Origin: a virus
Direction: 5' to 3' (one strand)
Virus record (IMG/VR): IMGVR_UViG_3300045988_104990
Coordinates: 1-41,141 of that record
Length of the DNA: 41,141 bases
The position numbers were made by a program, and so were the translations under genes. The notes under the pieces were generated by a model. That model saw only the letters and a program-made list of their open reading frames with translations, did no database searches and was not told the origin of the DNA. Positions 1 through 8,265 of this stretch are shown here, in pieces (the stretch's first letter is position 1; every line of letters begins with the position of its first letter).

Positions 1-99
1 TATTGACGACACGAAAGACGCCGATACAGACGAGTACGCAGCTAAGACACAGGGCAAGACAGACCCTGACGCCAAGAAAGACGCAGAGAAGAAAAAAGA
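1..99. repeat. 99-bp terminal overlap, identical to 41043..41141
   Basis: Direct comparison of both window ends: tattgacgacacgaaagacgccgataca...gagaagaaaaaaga occurs at both. Confidence 0.95.
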
Positions 100-310
100 G
101 CTTGAAACCACAGCGATAAGCGCAGCGGAAGCCAAAACCTTAAAGGGACTAATCGAGATGACCGGCACAGACGAGAAGAAGCTGCTGAAATCATACAAGG
201 CGGCAACCATAGAAGCGCTTTCAAAGGCTCAGTGGGCGCAGGCGGTTAAGATTTTAAGCGAGAGGAAAGAAAAGCAGACAAGTGAAGTGCAAGACGCACT
301 TTTCGGATAA
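1..310 (+). CDS. erf: ERF-family single-strand annealing recombinase, C-terminal part (continues ORF 40705..41141 across the circular junction)
   Basis: Frame 2 is open from the window edge to TAA 308-310. It is in phase with the ORF starting at ATG 40705 once the 99-bp overlap is collapsed. Confidence 0.85.
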   Translation, partial: IDDTKDADTDEYAAKTQGKTDPDAKKDAEKKKELETTAISAAEAKTLKGLIEMTGTDEKKLLKSYKAATIEALSKAQWAQAVKILSERKEKQTSEVQDALFG

Positions 311-319
311 GGAGCTGTG

Positions 320-1000
320 ATGAAAGCACATTTACTTTTTGAACAATCAGGCACATTTAAGAATGCTTTCAAGAAGAATGGCATAGACGCTTTCGATTAC
401 GATATACAAGACGAATTCGGCGAAACAGATTATATTATTGACCTGTTTGGCGAGATTGAAAAGGCATACGTGGGGGGGCAAAGCATTTTTGACAGCTTTG
501 ATTGCGAAGATATTATAATAGCGTTCTTCCCCTGCACAAGATTTGAAGCGAGAATACCCTTATCATTCAGAGGACAGTCAACGCAGCAGAAGAAGTGGAC
601 TGACGAACAGAAGCTTGAGTACGCAATGGGGTTGCACGAAGAACTCCACAAGCTGTATGTGCTTCTCTCAATGCTTGTTATCGTAGCAATACGGAAAGGC
701 CTGAGAATGATAATCGAAAACCCATATACGCAACCACACTACTTGACAACATACTGGTGCATTAGACCTAAACTGATAGATAAAGACAGAACGGTGAATG
801 GAGACTTTTACAAAAAGCCAACACAGTATTTCTTTATTGGTTTTGAACCAAAAAATAATTTTCTGTTTGAACCTATCGAGTGGGTTGAAAAAAAGACTAT
901 TGCACACGTTACTGGAACGGCAAGCACAAGCCGTCAGACAGAAAGAAGTATGATGCACCCGCAATATGCGGACAGATTTATAAGACAATATGTACTTTGA
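320..1000 (+). CDS. Small DNA (cytosine-5-like) methyltransferase-like protein
   Basis: GGAG at 311-314, then ATG 320. Motifs resemble C5-MTase motif I (LFEQSGTF), motif IV (FFPCTRF) and motif VI (IIENP). At 226 aa it is short, with no clear TRD or motif X. Confidence 0.5.
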   Translation: MKAHLLFEQSGTFKNAFKKNGIDAFDYDIQDEFGETDYIIDLFGEIEKAYVGGQSIFDSFDCEDIIIAFFPCTRFEARIPLSFRGQSTQQKKWTDEQKLEYAMGLHEELHKLYVLLSMLVIVAIRKGLRMIIENPYTQPHYLTTYWCIRPKLIDKDRTVNGDFYKKPTQYFFIGFEPKNNFLFEPIEWVEKKTIAHVTGTASTSRQTERSMMHPQYADRFIRQYVL

Positions 1001-1013
1001 AAGGAGAAAAAAT

Positions 1014-1760
1014 ATGAAACAGAATGAATGGGCTAAGAATGAAGTGAAACTAGCTTGTGAAAGAGAAAAGAGAATGTGCACTGAGGACAATCGTCCGGAG
1101 GATGCTAATTATGGAATTGCCTGCTATAAAAGTGCTCTTAAAGCTTTTAACAGTTTGTGTAAGGACGGGCATAGCGGATGTAGTATAGGAATAACAAGGG
1201 CTATATTAGATGCGCTCATTGATGGTAAACCTCTAACTCCTATTGAGGATACTCCAGAGGTTTGGGGTCCGCCTGAGGATTGGAGAGAAGGTTGTTTGAT
1301 GTATCAGTGCAAACGTATGTCAAGACTTTTCAAGAAGGTAGACTCCGAGGGTAATGTTAGTTATGATGATGTCGATAGAGTTACTTACGTAGATATTAAT
1401 AATCCAACAGTAGCTTGGCATAATGGCATGGTTAGAAGAATTGTCGGTGAGATGTTCCCTATAACTATGCCGTACACAGGTGATGTAGAGTATATAGTTT
1501 ATGGAGAAGATTGCTTATTTGATCGCACTCGTGGAGATTATGATACACAAGGTTTTTACTATATTATCAAGAAAACCCCCGGTGGAAAAGAGGAAAAAAT
1601 AAAGCTAAACAGATATTTTAGGGAATCTCTCGAAGGTGAAAAAGAAGACATTGAATATCCCGGTTGGGTTGAAATTTCAAGAACAACTTATAACAGAAGA
1701 AAAAAGAAAGCCGAAGAAGAAGCGGAAAAACTTAGCGGATTACTGGCAGAAAGGAAATAA
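1014..1760 (+). CDS. Hypothetical protein
   Basis: AGGAG RBS before ATG 1014. Long ORF co-oriented in the early operon. No motif recognised. Confidence 0.6.
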   Translation: MKQNEWAKNEVKLACEREKRMCTEDNRPEDANYGIACYKSALKAFNSLCKDGHSGCSIGITRAILDALIDGKPLTPIEDTPEVWGPPEDWREGCLMYQCKRMSRLFKKVDSEGNVSYDDVDRVTYVDINNPTVAWHNGMVRRIVGEMFPITMPYTGDVEYIVYGEDCLFDRTRGDYDTQGFYYIIKKTPGGKEEKIKLNRYFRESLEGEKEDIEYPGWVEISRTTYNRRKKKAEEEAEKLSGLLAERK

Positions 1761-1763
1761 GCA

Positions 1764-2564
1764 ATGGAACTAAAAATCAAGGAGAACACATACACACCGA
1801 TTGTGGTAGAGAATTTTGACGAAATTAAATCACTGGTACAGGAGAAAGCAGACCATTATGCGAATATGGTCTACACAGAAGAAGATTTGCCTCAGGCGAA
1901 GAAAGACAAGGCAATGCTGAATAAATTTATCAAGGCGATAGAGGACAGGCGGAAAGAAATTAAAAAGGCTTGTATGCAGCCATACGAGAGTTTCGAAGCT
2001 CAGATAAAAGAACTGGTTGCAATCTGTAATCAGCCGGTAAAGGCGATAGACGAATTTGTAAAACTGATTGACAGTCAAACTAAAGCTGAAAAGAGAGCGG
2101 AAATCGAAAAACTGTACGAGGAGACAGAACACCCCGAATGGCTACAGCTTGAGCAGATATTCAACCCTAAGTGGCTAAATCAGACGGTAAAGGTATCTTT
2201 AGTAGATGAAGAGATAAAATCCCGTCTCAAGTCCATTGAGAGTGATATAAAGACTATTGCAACGCTAGAGTGTAGCTTTGAAGCACAGGAAGAATACAAG
2301 AGGTCACTAAGCCTAGCAGACGCAATAAGAGAGGGACAGCGAATTGCCGACATTCAGAAAGCAAAAGAGGGCGAAGTAAAACCTAAGATTGACTATTCAA
2401 ATGAACAGAGAGAATGGATAGCGTTTAAGGTTTGCATAACTCCAACGGAAGCAAGAGAGCTGAAAGCGTGGTTGATTCAGAAAGGAATTGAGATACGTGC
2501 ACAAGAGAGCGAAAGCCTGCGACATATCACAGGAAGTCAAAGCAAGGGTATGGGAGAGGGATAA
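1764..2564 (+). CDS. DUF1351-like phage protein (commonly linked to Erf/SSB modules)
   Basis: The N-terminal pattern (VENFDEIKSLV...AKKDKAMLNKFIKAIEDRRKEIKK...P...FE) resembles DUF1351 as I recall it. Synteny with erf and ssb fits. Confidence 0.5.
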   Translation: MELKIKENTYTPIVVENFDEIKSLVQEKADHYANMVYTEEDLPQAKKDKAMLNKFIKAIEDRRKEIKKACMQPYESFEAQIKELVAICNQPVKAIDEFVKLIDSQTKAEKRAEIEKLYEETEHPEWLQLEQIFNPKWLNQTVKVSLVDEEIKSRLKSIESDIKTIATLECSFEAQEEYKRSLSLADAIREGQRIADIQKAKEGEVKPKIDYSNEQREWIAFKVCITPTEARELKAWLIQKGIEIRAQESESLRHITGSQSKGMGEG

Positions 2565-2817
2565 AGGCTGCTGTATTATCTGCGGCAGTCCGATAGCCGC
2601 CCCGAACGCTCACTATATCCGCAGGTCACAAGGCGGACTGGGAATTGAGCAGAACATTGTCACGCTTTGTATGGACTGTCACAACGAATTCGACAACGGA
2701 AGCGGTAAATATTCACAGGCGATTAAAAAAGCGGTCAGAGACTACTTACAAGGGCAGTACGACGACTGGAGCGAAAAAGATTTGATTTACGACAAGTGGA
2801 GGGAGTACCCGGTATGA
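2488..2817 (+). CDS. HNH endonuclease
   Basis: CxxC...H...N...CxxCH arrangement (CCIICGS...NAHYIRR...NIVTLCMDCHNEFD). ATG 2488 overlaps the upstream ORF by 77 nt. The stop overlaps the next start as ATGA. Confidence 0.8.
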   Translation: MRYVHKRAKACDISQEVKARVWERDKGCCIICGSPIAAPNAHYIRRSQGGLGIEQNIVTLCMDCHNEFDNGSGKYSQAIKKAVRDYLQGQYDDWSEKDLIYDKWREYPV

Positions 2818-3335
2818 GAATAACCAAAAAAAACATACTGCGAAGCGAAACGAACGCAAAGGAGGTTGTCCTGATGATAACTACTCCCGACAGGCAGGCG
2901 GCACAAGCCTTTATGGACCTTAAAGCTGCGGAAGTAGAGATAAAGCCGAAGAAGAAACGCCGCTCGCTTGACGCCAACGCATATATGTGGGTGCTGTGTG
3001 ACAAGATAGCCAAAGTAGCAGGAACGACTAAAGAAGCTGTGTATCTTGACACTATACGAGATGTGGGAGTATTTGATTATCTTATGGTATCAGACAAGGC
3101 GGTAGACGCATTTATCGACAAGTGGAAATCAAACGGTATCGGGTGGCACGCAGAAAAGCATCACAAGGCAAAGGTGGACAACTGCACTGTGGTAATAGCC
3201 TACTATGGGAGCAGTACATACGATACAAAGCAGATGTCAAGACTGGTAGATATGATAGTTCAAATTGCAAAGGAATTGAACATCGAGACAATGGCACCTG
3301 CGGAATTAAAAAGATTAAAGGAGATGTGGAAATGA
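2814..3335 (+). CDS. NinB/Orf-like recombination mediator
   Basis: RSLDANAYMWVLCDKIA and YGSSTYDTKQMSRLVDMIVQIA parallel lambda NinB RSLDQNRKLWACLGDVS and GQSTSRMRVGEFAELLELIQ. Confidence 0.55.
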   Translation: MRITKKNILRSETNAKEVVLMITTPDRQAAQAFMDLKAAEVEIKPKKKRRSLDANAYMWVLCDKIAKVAGTTKEAVYLDTIRDVGVFDYLMVSDKAVDAFIDKWKSNGIGWHAEKHHKAKVDNCTVVIAYYGSSTYDTKQMSRLVDMIVQIAKELNIETMAPAELKRLKEMWK

Positions 3336-3511
3336 TTTTAACACGAGGAAAACTTGAAACAATTTTAGCATTTGAAAGAATGAAAATTCGCGCAGAATTA
3401 AAAGGTGAAAGTATATCAAGAGCATACAGGCTGCAAACAGAAATAAACGAGCTTAAGGAAGAAATAGCTAGATTAAAGGAGGCAATTGAGAATGATAGAA
3501 AAACTGATTAA
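3332..3511 (+). CDS. Small coiled-coil protein
   Basis: ATGA start/stop overlap with the upstream gene. 59 aa with a heptad-like charged sequence. The longer 3122 start lies in another gene's interior. Confidence 0.5.
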   Translation: MILTRGKLETILAFERMKIRAELKGESISRAYRLQTEINELKEEIARLKEAIENDRKTD

Positions 3512-3806
3512 CGAAGAACTGCAGAGCGCAAACAAGAAATTCCCGCTGTTTTCGTCTTGGCACGAAGCATATGCGGTAATACTTGAAGAAGTGGAAGAAG
3601 CAAATAACGAAGCCGACGTAATGTGTAATTTATATCTCGACAGACTATGGCACGACATAAAGGCGAAAGCGTCAAGTGAAGCAGACAGATTTGAGGATAT
3701 AGGCATATTAAGAGGGCATGCAGTCAGAGCCATTGAGGAATTAATACAGGTAGCCGCTATGTGCGACAAGGCGGTAATGAGCTTAAGAAAGGAGAGAAAA
3801 GAATAA
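3492..3806 (+). CDS. Hypothetical protein, weak MazG/DUF550-like helical NTP-pyrophosphohydrolase resemblance
   Basis: AGGAGG RBS before ATG 3492. The SWHEAYAVILEEVEEA motif resembles the HEGxAVIxEExDE motif of MazG-like phage proteins. The match is weak. Confidence 0.5.
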   Translation: MIEKLINEELQSANKKFPLFSSWHEAYAVILEEVEEANNEADVMCNLYLDRLWHDIKAKASSEADRFEDIGILRGHAVRAIEELIQVAAMCDKAVMSLRKERKE

Positions 3807-4180
3807 TGCTTAATGTGGTCGTTTTGATTGGCAGACTTACACGCGATCCGGAAGTTCGCTATACGCAGGACGAAATGGCAATCGCAAGATTTTCTATCGC
3901 AGTAGACAGATTTGCAAAAGGCGAGAAAAAAGCAGATTTTATTGACATTCTAGTTTTTGGCAAGTCAGCGGAAAACTGCGAAAAATACCTTGCCAAAGGC
4001 AGAAAGGTAGCCATAGAGGGCAGAATACAGACAGGAAGTTATACAAAAGACGACGGAACAAAGGTATACACAACAGATGTTGTTGCAAACAGGGTAGAGT
4101 TCATCGAGTGGGGCGAGACGAAAGAGGACGACACGCCACCGGGATTTGAAGCACTGGAAGAGGAGTCGATACCATTTTAA
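3806..4180 (+). CDS. ssb: Single-stranded DNA-binding protein
   Basis: The N-terminus MLNVVVLIGRLTRDPEVRYT is a typical OB-fold SSB start. The acidic C-terminal tip EEESIPF is also typical. Confidence 0.92.
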   Translation: MLNVVVLIGRLTRDPEVRYTQDEMAIARFSIAVDRFAKGEKKADFIDILVFGKSAENCEKYLAKGRKVAIEGRIQTGSYTKDDGTKVYTTDVVANRVEFIEWGETKEDDTPPGFEALEEESIPF

Positions 4181-4195
4181 TTATGGAGGTTTAAG

Positions 4196-4267
4196 ATGAA
4201 ATGGAAAGATATACCAAATAATTGGTCGAAAAGAGGGATACATATCGGCAATGAAAAAACAAAATAA
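4196..4267 (+). CDS. Possible 23-aa micro-ORF
   Basis: Strong GGAGG 6 nt upstream of ATG 4196. Very short, no homology inference possible. Confidence 0.25.
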   Translation: MKWKDIPNNWSKRGIHIGNEKTK

Positions 4268-4319
4268 AAACGAAAACGAGCAGTTTAAATGGCAACAATG
4301 CGACTTCTAGGAGGTAAAT

Positions 4320-4583
4320 ATGCAGATCAAGAAAGGGAAATACATACTCAACAGCGATAAGAGCTGTTACTGGGTAAGCGAAATAAAGACCAGTAAGCAG
4401 GGGAAGGAGTACGAGGTAATCGTAAGCGGCTATCACCGAAAGATAGCAGACCTTGCAGACAGTTTTATAGAGGGCGCTGTGAGAGGTTCAGAAGCCGAGG
4501 ACATAAAAACCCTTGTAAGCGAGATAAACAACGCTGTACAGGTCGCTCAAGACCTTGTAAGGGAGGTGCAGAATGAGAGGTAA
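4320..4583 (+). CDS. Hypothetical protein
   Basis: AGGAGG RBS, ATG 4320, 87 aa. Confidence 0.6.
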   Translation: MQIKKGKYILNSDKSCYWVSEIKTSKQGKEYEVIVSGYHRKIADLADSFIEGAVRGSEAEDIKTLVSEINNAVQVAQDLVREVQNER

Positions 4584-4944
4584 AGCAGTAAGCGGTGAGG
4601 AATATATCAAGTTATGCGAGGAACACACAGCAAGTGAGATAGCGGAGATAATGGAAGTAAGCAAAGGGCTCGTGTCAAAACTACAGGCAAAGCACAAAGT
4701 CAAGCCGAAAAGAGAGTGCAGCGAGTGTCACAAGCGGTTTGATCCAGTACGCAACGAAAAGATGTGTCCTGAATGCCGAAAGACAAAGAAATACAAATAT
4801 GAACCGACACCGCAAAAGGTGTACCAAAAACCGAGGAAATCAAGAGTATTCGAGATTGAAAGGGAAATGAGAAAGCAAGGCAAGTGCTACGCTGATTATC
4901 AGAAAGCGCAGACGATTGCAGAATATGCGAGGGTAGAGATATGA
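4573..4944 (+). CDS. Putative DNA-binding protein (HTH plus CxxC..CxxC zinc ribbon)
   Basis: ASEIAEIMEVSKGLVSKL is an HTH-like segment. It is followed by CSECHKRF...CPECRK. Confidence 0.55.
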   Translation: MRGKAVSGEEYIKLCEEHTASEIAEIMEVSKGLVSKLQAKHKVKPKRECSECHKRFDPVRNEKMCPECRKTKKYKYEPTPQKVYQKPRKSRVFEIEREMRKQGKCYADYQKAQTIAEYARVEI

Positions 4945-5231
4945 AGTACGAAGAAGTAATGGAGGCGAAAAAAGGCTTCAAAACAGAAAGTGTTAACGTT
5001 AGAAAGCAAACAATGACAATAACAGTGTCAACTGATTGGATTGAAACTGTTTCTGACGCGGTAGATAAGCAGATAGCTGTAAAGCTAATACCGGACGGCA
5101 AATGCCAGTACAGCGGGAAAACCATTTATAAATGCCCTGTATGCGGAGATGATTGGAATTGCAACGAATTTGAAATGAAATTTTGTTGGGAGTGCGGACA
5201 GAAATTAGATTGGAGTGATGATAATGACTAA
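4941..5231 (+). CDS. Zinc-ribbon protein (paralogous C-terminus to 7568..7822)
   Basis: ATGA overlap with the upstream gene. C-terminal CPVCG...CWECGQKLDW. Confidence 0.6.
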   Translation: MKYEEVMEAKKGFKTESVNVRKQTMTITVSTDWIETVSDAVDKQIAVKLIPDGKCQYSGKTIYKCPVCGDDWNCNEFEMKFCWECGQKLDWSDDND

Positions 5232-5640
5232 TTATGAAAAATACAAAACCGAAATAGATATTATATTAGACAAGAACACATTTGTGGCTGTAGATAGAAA
5301 CACAAACAAACTTGCGACTTGTCGTAATTTAAGTTGTGAAGATTGCTTGTTCTTTCGCAAACATAATGATGGTACAAACTGCGATGTGAACGCTTTCAAA
5401 TGGCTAGTCGCAGAATACAAAGAACCCGAAATTGACTGGTCTAAAGTACCGATTGATACACCAGTGCTGATATCCGGAGACGGCAAAGAATGGTACAGAA
5501 GATATTTTTCAGGTGTTGACGAAAATGGAAGTCCTACAGTGTTTTGCTGTGGGACAACACGGTGGAGCAGCAAGAATTACGACGAAAACGAAAACACTTG
5601 GAACGTTAATCATATAAAACTAGCGGAGGTGGAAGAATGA
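5218..5640 (+). CDS. Hypothetical protein
   Basis: Alternative starts at 5215, 5218 and 5224. ORF is co-oriented, with an ATGA overlap to the next gene. Confidence 0.6.
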   Translation: MIMTNYEKYKTEIDIILDKNTFVAVDRNTNKLATCRNLSCEDCLFFRKHNDGTNCDVNAFKWLVAEYKEPEIDWSKVPIDTPVLISGDGKEWYRRYFSGVDENGSPTVFCCGTTRWSSKNYDENENTWNVNHIKLAEVEE

Positions 5641-5930
5641 AATACAGAACAAAATTAGTAACAGTAGAAGCGTTTAAGTATGACGGCGACTTGATGGATA
5701 AAGACGGGAATTATTATGTTCCGCAGTGGGCAGTGGAAGCGTATAAAAATGGAACGCTGTTCTATGGTTGCGGAGTAGGCGGAGACGAGTTATTTATTGA
5801 GGCGACACCCGAAAGCGTTCATCGTGTCGGTGTGGGCGACTACATTGTCAGAAGTGCAACAGGCAAGATTTATCCTTGCAAGCCTGACATATTTGAACAG
5901 ACATATGAGGAATGGAGTGAGCAGGAATGA
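5637..5930 (+). CDS. Hypothetical protein
   Basis: 97-aa ORF ending in the conserved junction motif GTGAGCAGGAATGA. Confidence 0.65.
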   Translation: MKYRTKLVTVEAFKYDGDLMDKDGNYYVPQWAVEAYKNGTLFYGCGVGGDELFIEATPESVHRVGVGDYIVRSATGKIYPCKPDIFEQTYEEWSEQE

Positions 5931-6154
5931 GTAAAATATACGAATACAAAGGTAAGACATATTATGAAGGAATGGAGATAGGTAACAGTTCTTGTGAAGG
6001 AGATTTGTACGACCTTTACCTATGCTTGAAAGATGAAGGTAAAGTTGATGAAGAAACGATATATTACTTTGACTGCGAATGCTACAGCAGTCCCGAAGAA
6101 CTAATTAAGGATAATCTCGAAGAATTAGGTATTGAGGTAGGTGAGCAGGAATGA
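5927..6154 (+). CDS. Hypothetical protein
   Basis: Starts and ends in the conserved junction motif. Confidence 0.6.
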   Translation: MSKIYEYKGKTYYEGMEIGNSSCEGDLYDLYLCLKDEGKVDEETIYYFDCECYSSPEELIKDNLEELGIEVGEQE

Positions 6155-6528
6155 TGAATAAACTTACAGATAAACAGAATCAGAATAAGCTTAAAGTAAC
6201 AGAGGCTGAAATTATTGTTCGTGGTACAGTTGATAAACCATATTTTGAAATCAAATACCACGAAGTTGGTAAGCTGTATAACAACATAGGATTCGGCTCG
6301 TACAGTCTTGAAAATGTATTCAAGTGGAAAGATGAGTATTTTGAGATTGTAAAGAGGGAAAGTGCAAATGAAAATAATGCAAAAATGACAGTTACAGAAG
6401 CAAAGGAATTATTACTGAAGTGGTTTCAACCAACAACTGAGCCGGAAGAAAGGGGTCGTGCGATTGTTGCACTTGGTATGGCAATCAATGCACTTGATGA
6501 ATTGGAAAAGAAAGGTGAGCAGGAATGA
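6151..6528 (+). CDS. Hypothetical protein
   Basis: Starts and ends in the conserved junction motif. Confidence 0.6.
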   Translation: MMNKLTDKQNQNKLKVTEAEIIVRGTVDKPYFEIKYHEVGKLYNNIGFGSYSLENVFKWKDEYFEIVKRESANENNAKMTVTEAKELLLKWFQPTTEPEERGRAIVALGMAINALDELEKKGEQE

Positions 6529-6656
6529 AATGCAATAATACACATTGCAAACATTATGTGTCTGCAGAAAAATACATACTTTTCGGTTGGATATGCTTGA
6601 CAGATGGTGGCTGCAAGTACGCATATTGCAAGAAGAACAAGAAAAAGGGTAGGTGA
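6525..6656 (+). CDS. 43-aa Cys-rich protein (below the ORF-track size cutoff)
   Basis: Hand translation gives MKCNNTHCKHYVSAEKYILFGWICLTDGGCKYAYCKKNKKKGR. The start lies in the junction-motif ATGA and the stop inside the next motif copy. Confidence 0.45.
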   Translation: MKCNNTHCKHYVSAEKYILFGWICLTDGGCKYAYCKKNKKKGR

Positions 6657-6662
6657 GCAGGA

Positions 6663-6827
6663 ATGATATATGAAGAAGTAAAAATGGTGTTAGACAAGGT
6701 TATTGAACAGGTAAAAGCAGACGGCTGCAGCGGCTGTGCATTTATAAACACAGAAGAATGGGAAATGCCTTGCGTTAGGTGCAAGAGAGGCTGCAAAGAC
6801 TATTGGAGGGCGGCAATATATGACTAA
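6663..6827 (+). CDS. 54-aa Cys-rich protein (below the ORF-track size cutoff)
   Basis: Hand translation gives MIYEEVKMVLDKVIEQVKADGCSGCAFINTEEWEMPCVRCKRGCKDYWRAAIYD. It starts at the ATG of the fourth junction motif. Confidence 0.5.
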   Translation: MIYEEVKMVLDKVIEQVKADGCSGCAFINTEEWEMPCVRCKRGCKDYWRAAIYD

Positions 6828-7074
6828 AAAGTATCCGCAGATGAAACCACTTGTACGGCAGATGTGGCAAGGGAAGTTAATCAACCAGTTGAGGGCAGGA
6901 GAAGAGTTTTTGCAAACGTCCGCATACGGAATACCAGACCAAGAAAGAAAGTTAATTATGGACGGCGATGAAGCTATAGCACAACTTAAAAAGCTAGTGG
7001 GTACTTGCGGTAACGAAAAAGACGTTGTTGCTTTAAACGTAGCGATAGACGCGATAAACGAGGTGTGGAATTGA
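6820..7074 (+). CDS. Hypothetical protein
   Basis: 84-aa ORF in the + operon. Confidence 0.6.
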   Translation: MTKKYPQMKPLVRQMWQGKLINQLRAGEEFLQTSAYGIPDQERKLIMDGDEAIAQLKKLVGTCGNEKDVVALNVAIDAINEVWN

Positions 7075-7373
7075 TACCAAGAGCAAAAAAACCGAAAAAG
7101 AAAGCGATACACAGATCTGCCAAGACGCCTTTTGAATACGTCAAGGCGACAAACTATCTGAACATCGCCGCAATGGTAAGAACCCTTGCTACGGTATATG
7201 ACTGGAACAAGGAACAGATAGACGAATTTATGGAATCTCATATGGCATTATTGCAGGAGATTTCAGACCATAGGACAAACATAAAGCGGTTTGTGGCGGA
7301 CACCGAAGAAATTACCGGTGTGAATATTACAGGCCTAATAGACAAGACCTGCGAGGTCATAGAAAGGAGTTAA
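7065..7373 (+). CDS. Hypothetical protein
   Basis: GTG 7065 or TTG 7071 start, uncertain. About 100-aa ORF. Confidence 0.55.
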   Translation: MELIPRAKKPKKKAIHRSAKTPFEYVKATNYLNIAAMVRTLATVYDWNKEQIDEFMESHMALLQEISDHRTNIKRFVADTEEITGVNITGLIDKTCEVIERS

Positions 7374-7376
7374 GCA

Positions 7377-7553
7377 ATGAAAGGACTAAAGAAGTGTCCC
7401 AAATGCGGCGGAGAGCCCGAGAGAGTTGCAACGTGGTATGCAGATGGCAAAAACGGCTACACAAAGGAGGTCGTACGCTGTACAGTATGCGGCAAAAATG
7501 TCGCAAGAAAAACTGGACAGGAAGCGGTCAAGGCGTGGAACAGATTGAAGTAA
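7377..7553 (+). CDS. lar: Lar-family restriction-alleviation-like protein (58 aa, not in ORF track)
   Basis: Hand translation gives MKGLKKCPKCGGEPERVATWYADGKNGYTKEVVRCTVCGKNVARKTGQEAVKAWNRLK. The CPxCG...CxxCG...eAvxaWNr pattern matches the Lar family as I remember it. AGGAG lies upstream. Confidence 0.6.
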   Translation: MKGLKKCPKCGGEPERVATWYADGKNGYTKEVVRCTVCGKNVARKTGQEAVKAWNRLK

Positions 7554-7567
7554 GGAGGTGAAAAGTA

Positions 7568-7822
7568 ATGTATGAAGCAACACTCGAAAAATTCCGCGAA
7601 ATGTACGAGCGAAACGAAGACTGCTGCTGTCCCGCAGAGTTTATCCCGATAGAAGAAGCCCTAAAAAAACAGATACCCCAAAAGCCGAAAGACCTAAGGT
7701 TGCCACGAGACGTCCATTTCTTTGCGATAGGCGACTGCCCCGTATGCAACCGTACGGTAGACAGCAACGAACATTATTGCTTCAACTGTGGGCAGCGGCT
7801 TGATTGGGAGGCGGACAAATGA
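7568..7822 (+). CDS. Zinc-ribbon protein (paralogous C-terminus to 4941..5231)
   Basis: AGGAGG RBS. C-terminal CPVCN...CFNCGQRLDW. Confidence 0.6.
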   Translation: MYEATLEKFREMYERNEDCCCPAEFIPIEEALKKQIPQKPKDLRLPRDVHFFAIGDCPVCNRTVDSNEHYCFNCGQRLDWEADK

Positions 7823-8265
7823 TTTACATCGGAATAGATCCGGGCAAGAACGGCGGCATTGCCGTCCTTACCCCCGAAATAGGCGGCGTTATAGCAGAAG
7901 CCTATAAGTACTCAGATGACAAGCTGGTAGAGGTTATCAAGACAAGCGAGGGCAAGGCAAGGGCGTGCGTTGAGAGAGTGGCGGCAAGACCACAACAGGG
8001 CGTTGTGAGTATGTTCAGCTTCGGGCAGTCCTACGGAGCAATAAAGGGCATTTTACAGGCGTTAGACGTGCCGTACACGACAGTTACGCCGCAGAAGTGG
8101 AAGAAGTCTCTGCAGGTCACAAAGGACAAAGGAACATCAATAGAAAAGGCAAAAGAACTATACCCCGGAGTTAATCTGCTTGCAAGTCCACGCTGCCACA
8201 AGGACCATGACGGTATGGCGGAAGCCCTGCTGATAGCCACATACGGCTACTGGAGCGGCATATGA
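7819..8265 (+). CDS. RuvC-like Holliday junction resolvase (Gram-positive phage type)
   Basis: MIYIGIDPGKNGGIAVL start, ERVAARPQQGVVSMFSFGQSYG, TPQKWKK, and DGMAEALLIATYG. Confidence 0.8.
   Translation: MIYIGIDPGKNGGIAVLTPEIGGVIAEAYKYSDDKLVEVIKTSEGKARACVERVAARPQQGVVSMFSFGQSYGAIKGILQALDVPYTTVTPQKWKKSLQVTKDKGTSIEKAKELYPGVNLLASPRCHKDHDGMAEALLIATYGYWSGI

Larger units (their letters stand above)
5917..6666 (+). repeat. Four copies of the gene-boundary motif GTGAGCAGGAATGA (5917, 6141, 6515, 6653)
   Basis: Exact 14-mer at four consecutive gene junctions. Copies 2 and 4 share 20 bp (GGTAGGTGAGCAGGAATGAT). Confidence 0.9.

Noticed and set aside
3122-3511. 129-aa ORF overlapping the NinB-like gene
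   Set aside because: Its 5' two-thirds lies out of frame inside the NinB-like CDS. Only the 3' part, from ATG 3332 (ATGA-coupled), is plausible and is reported as a 59-aa CDS.
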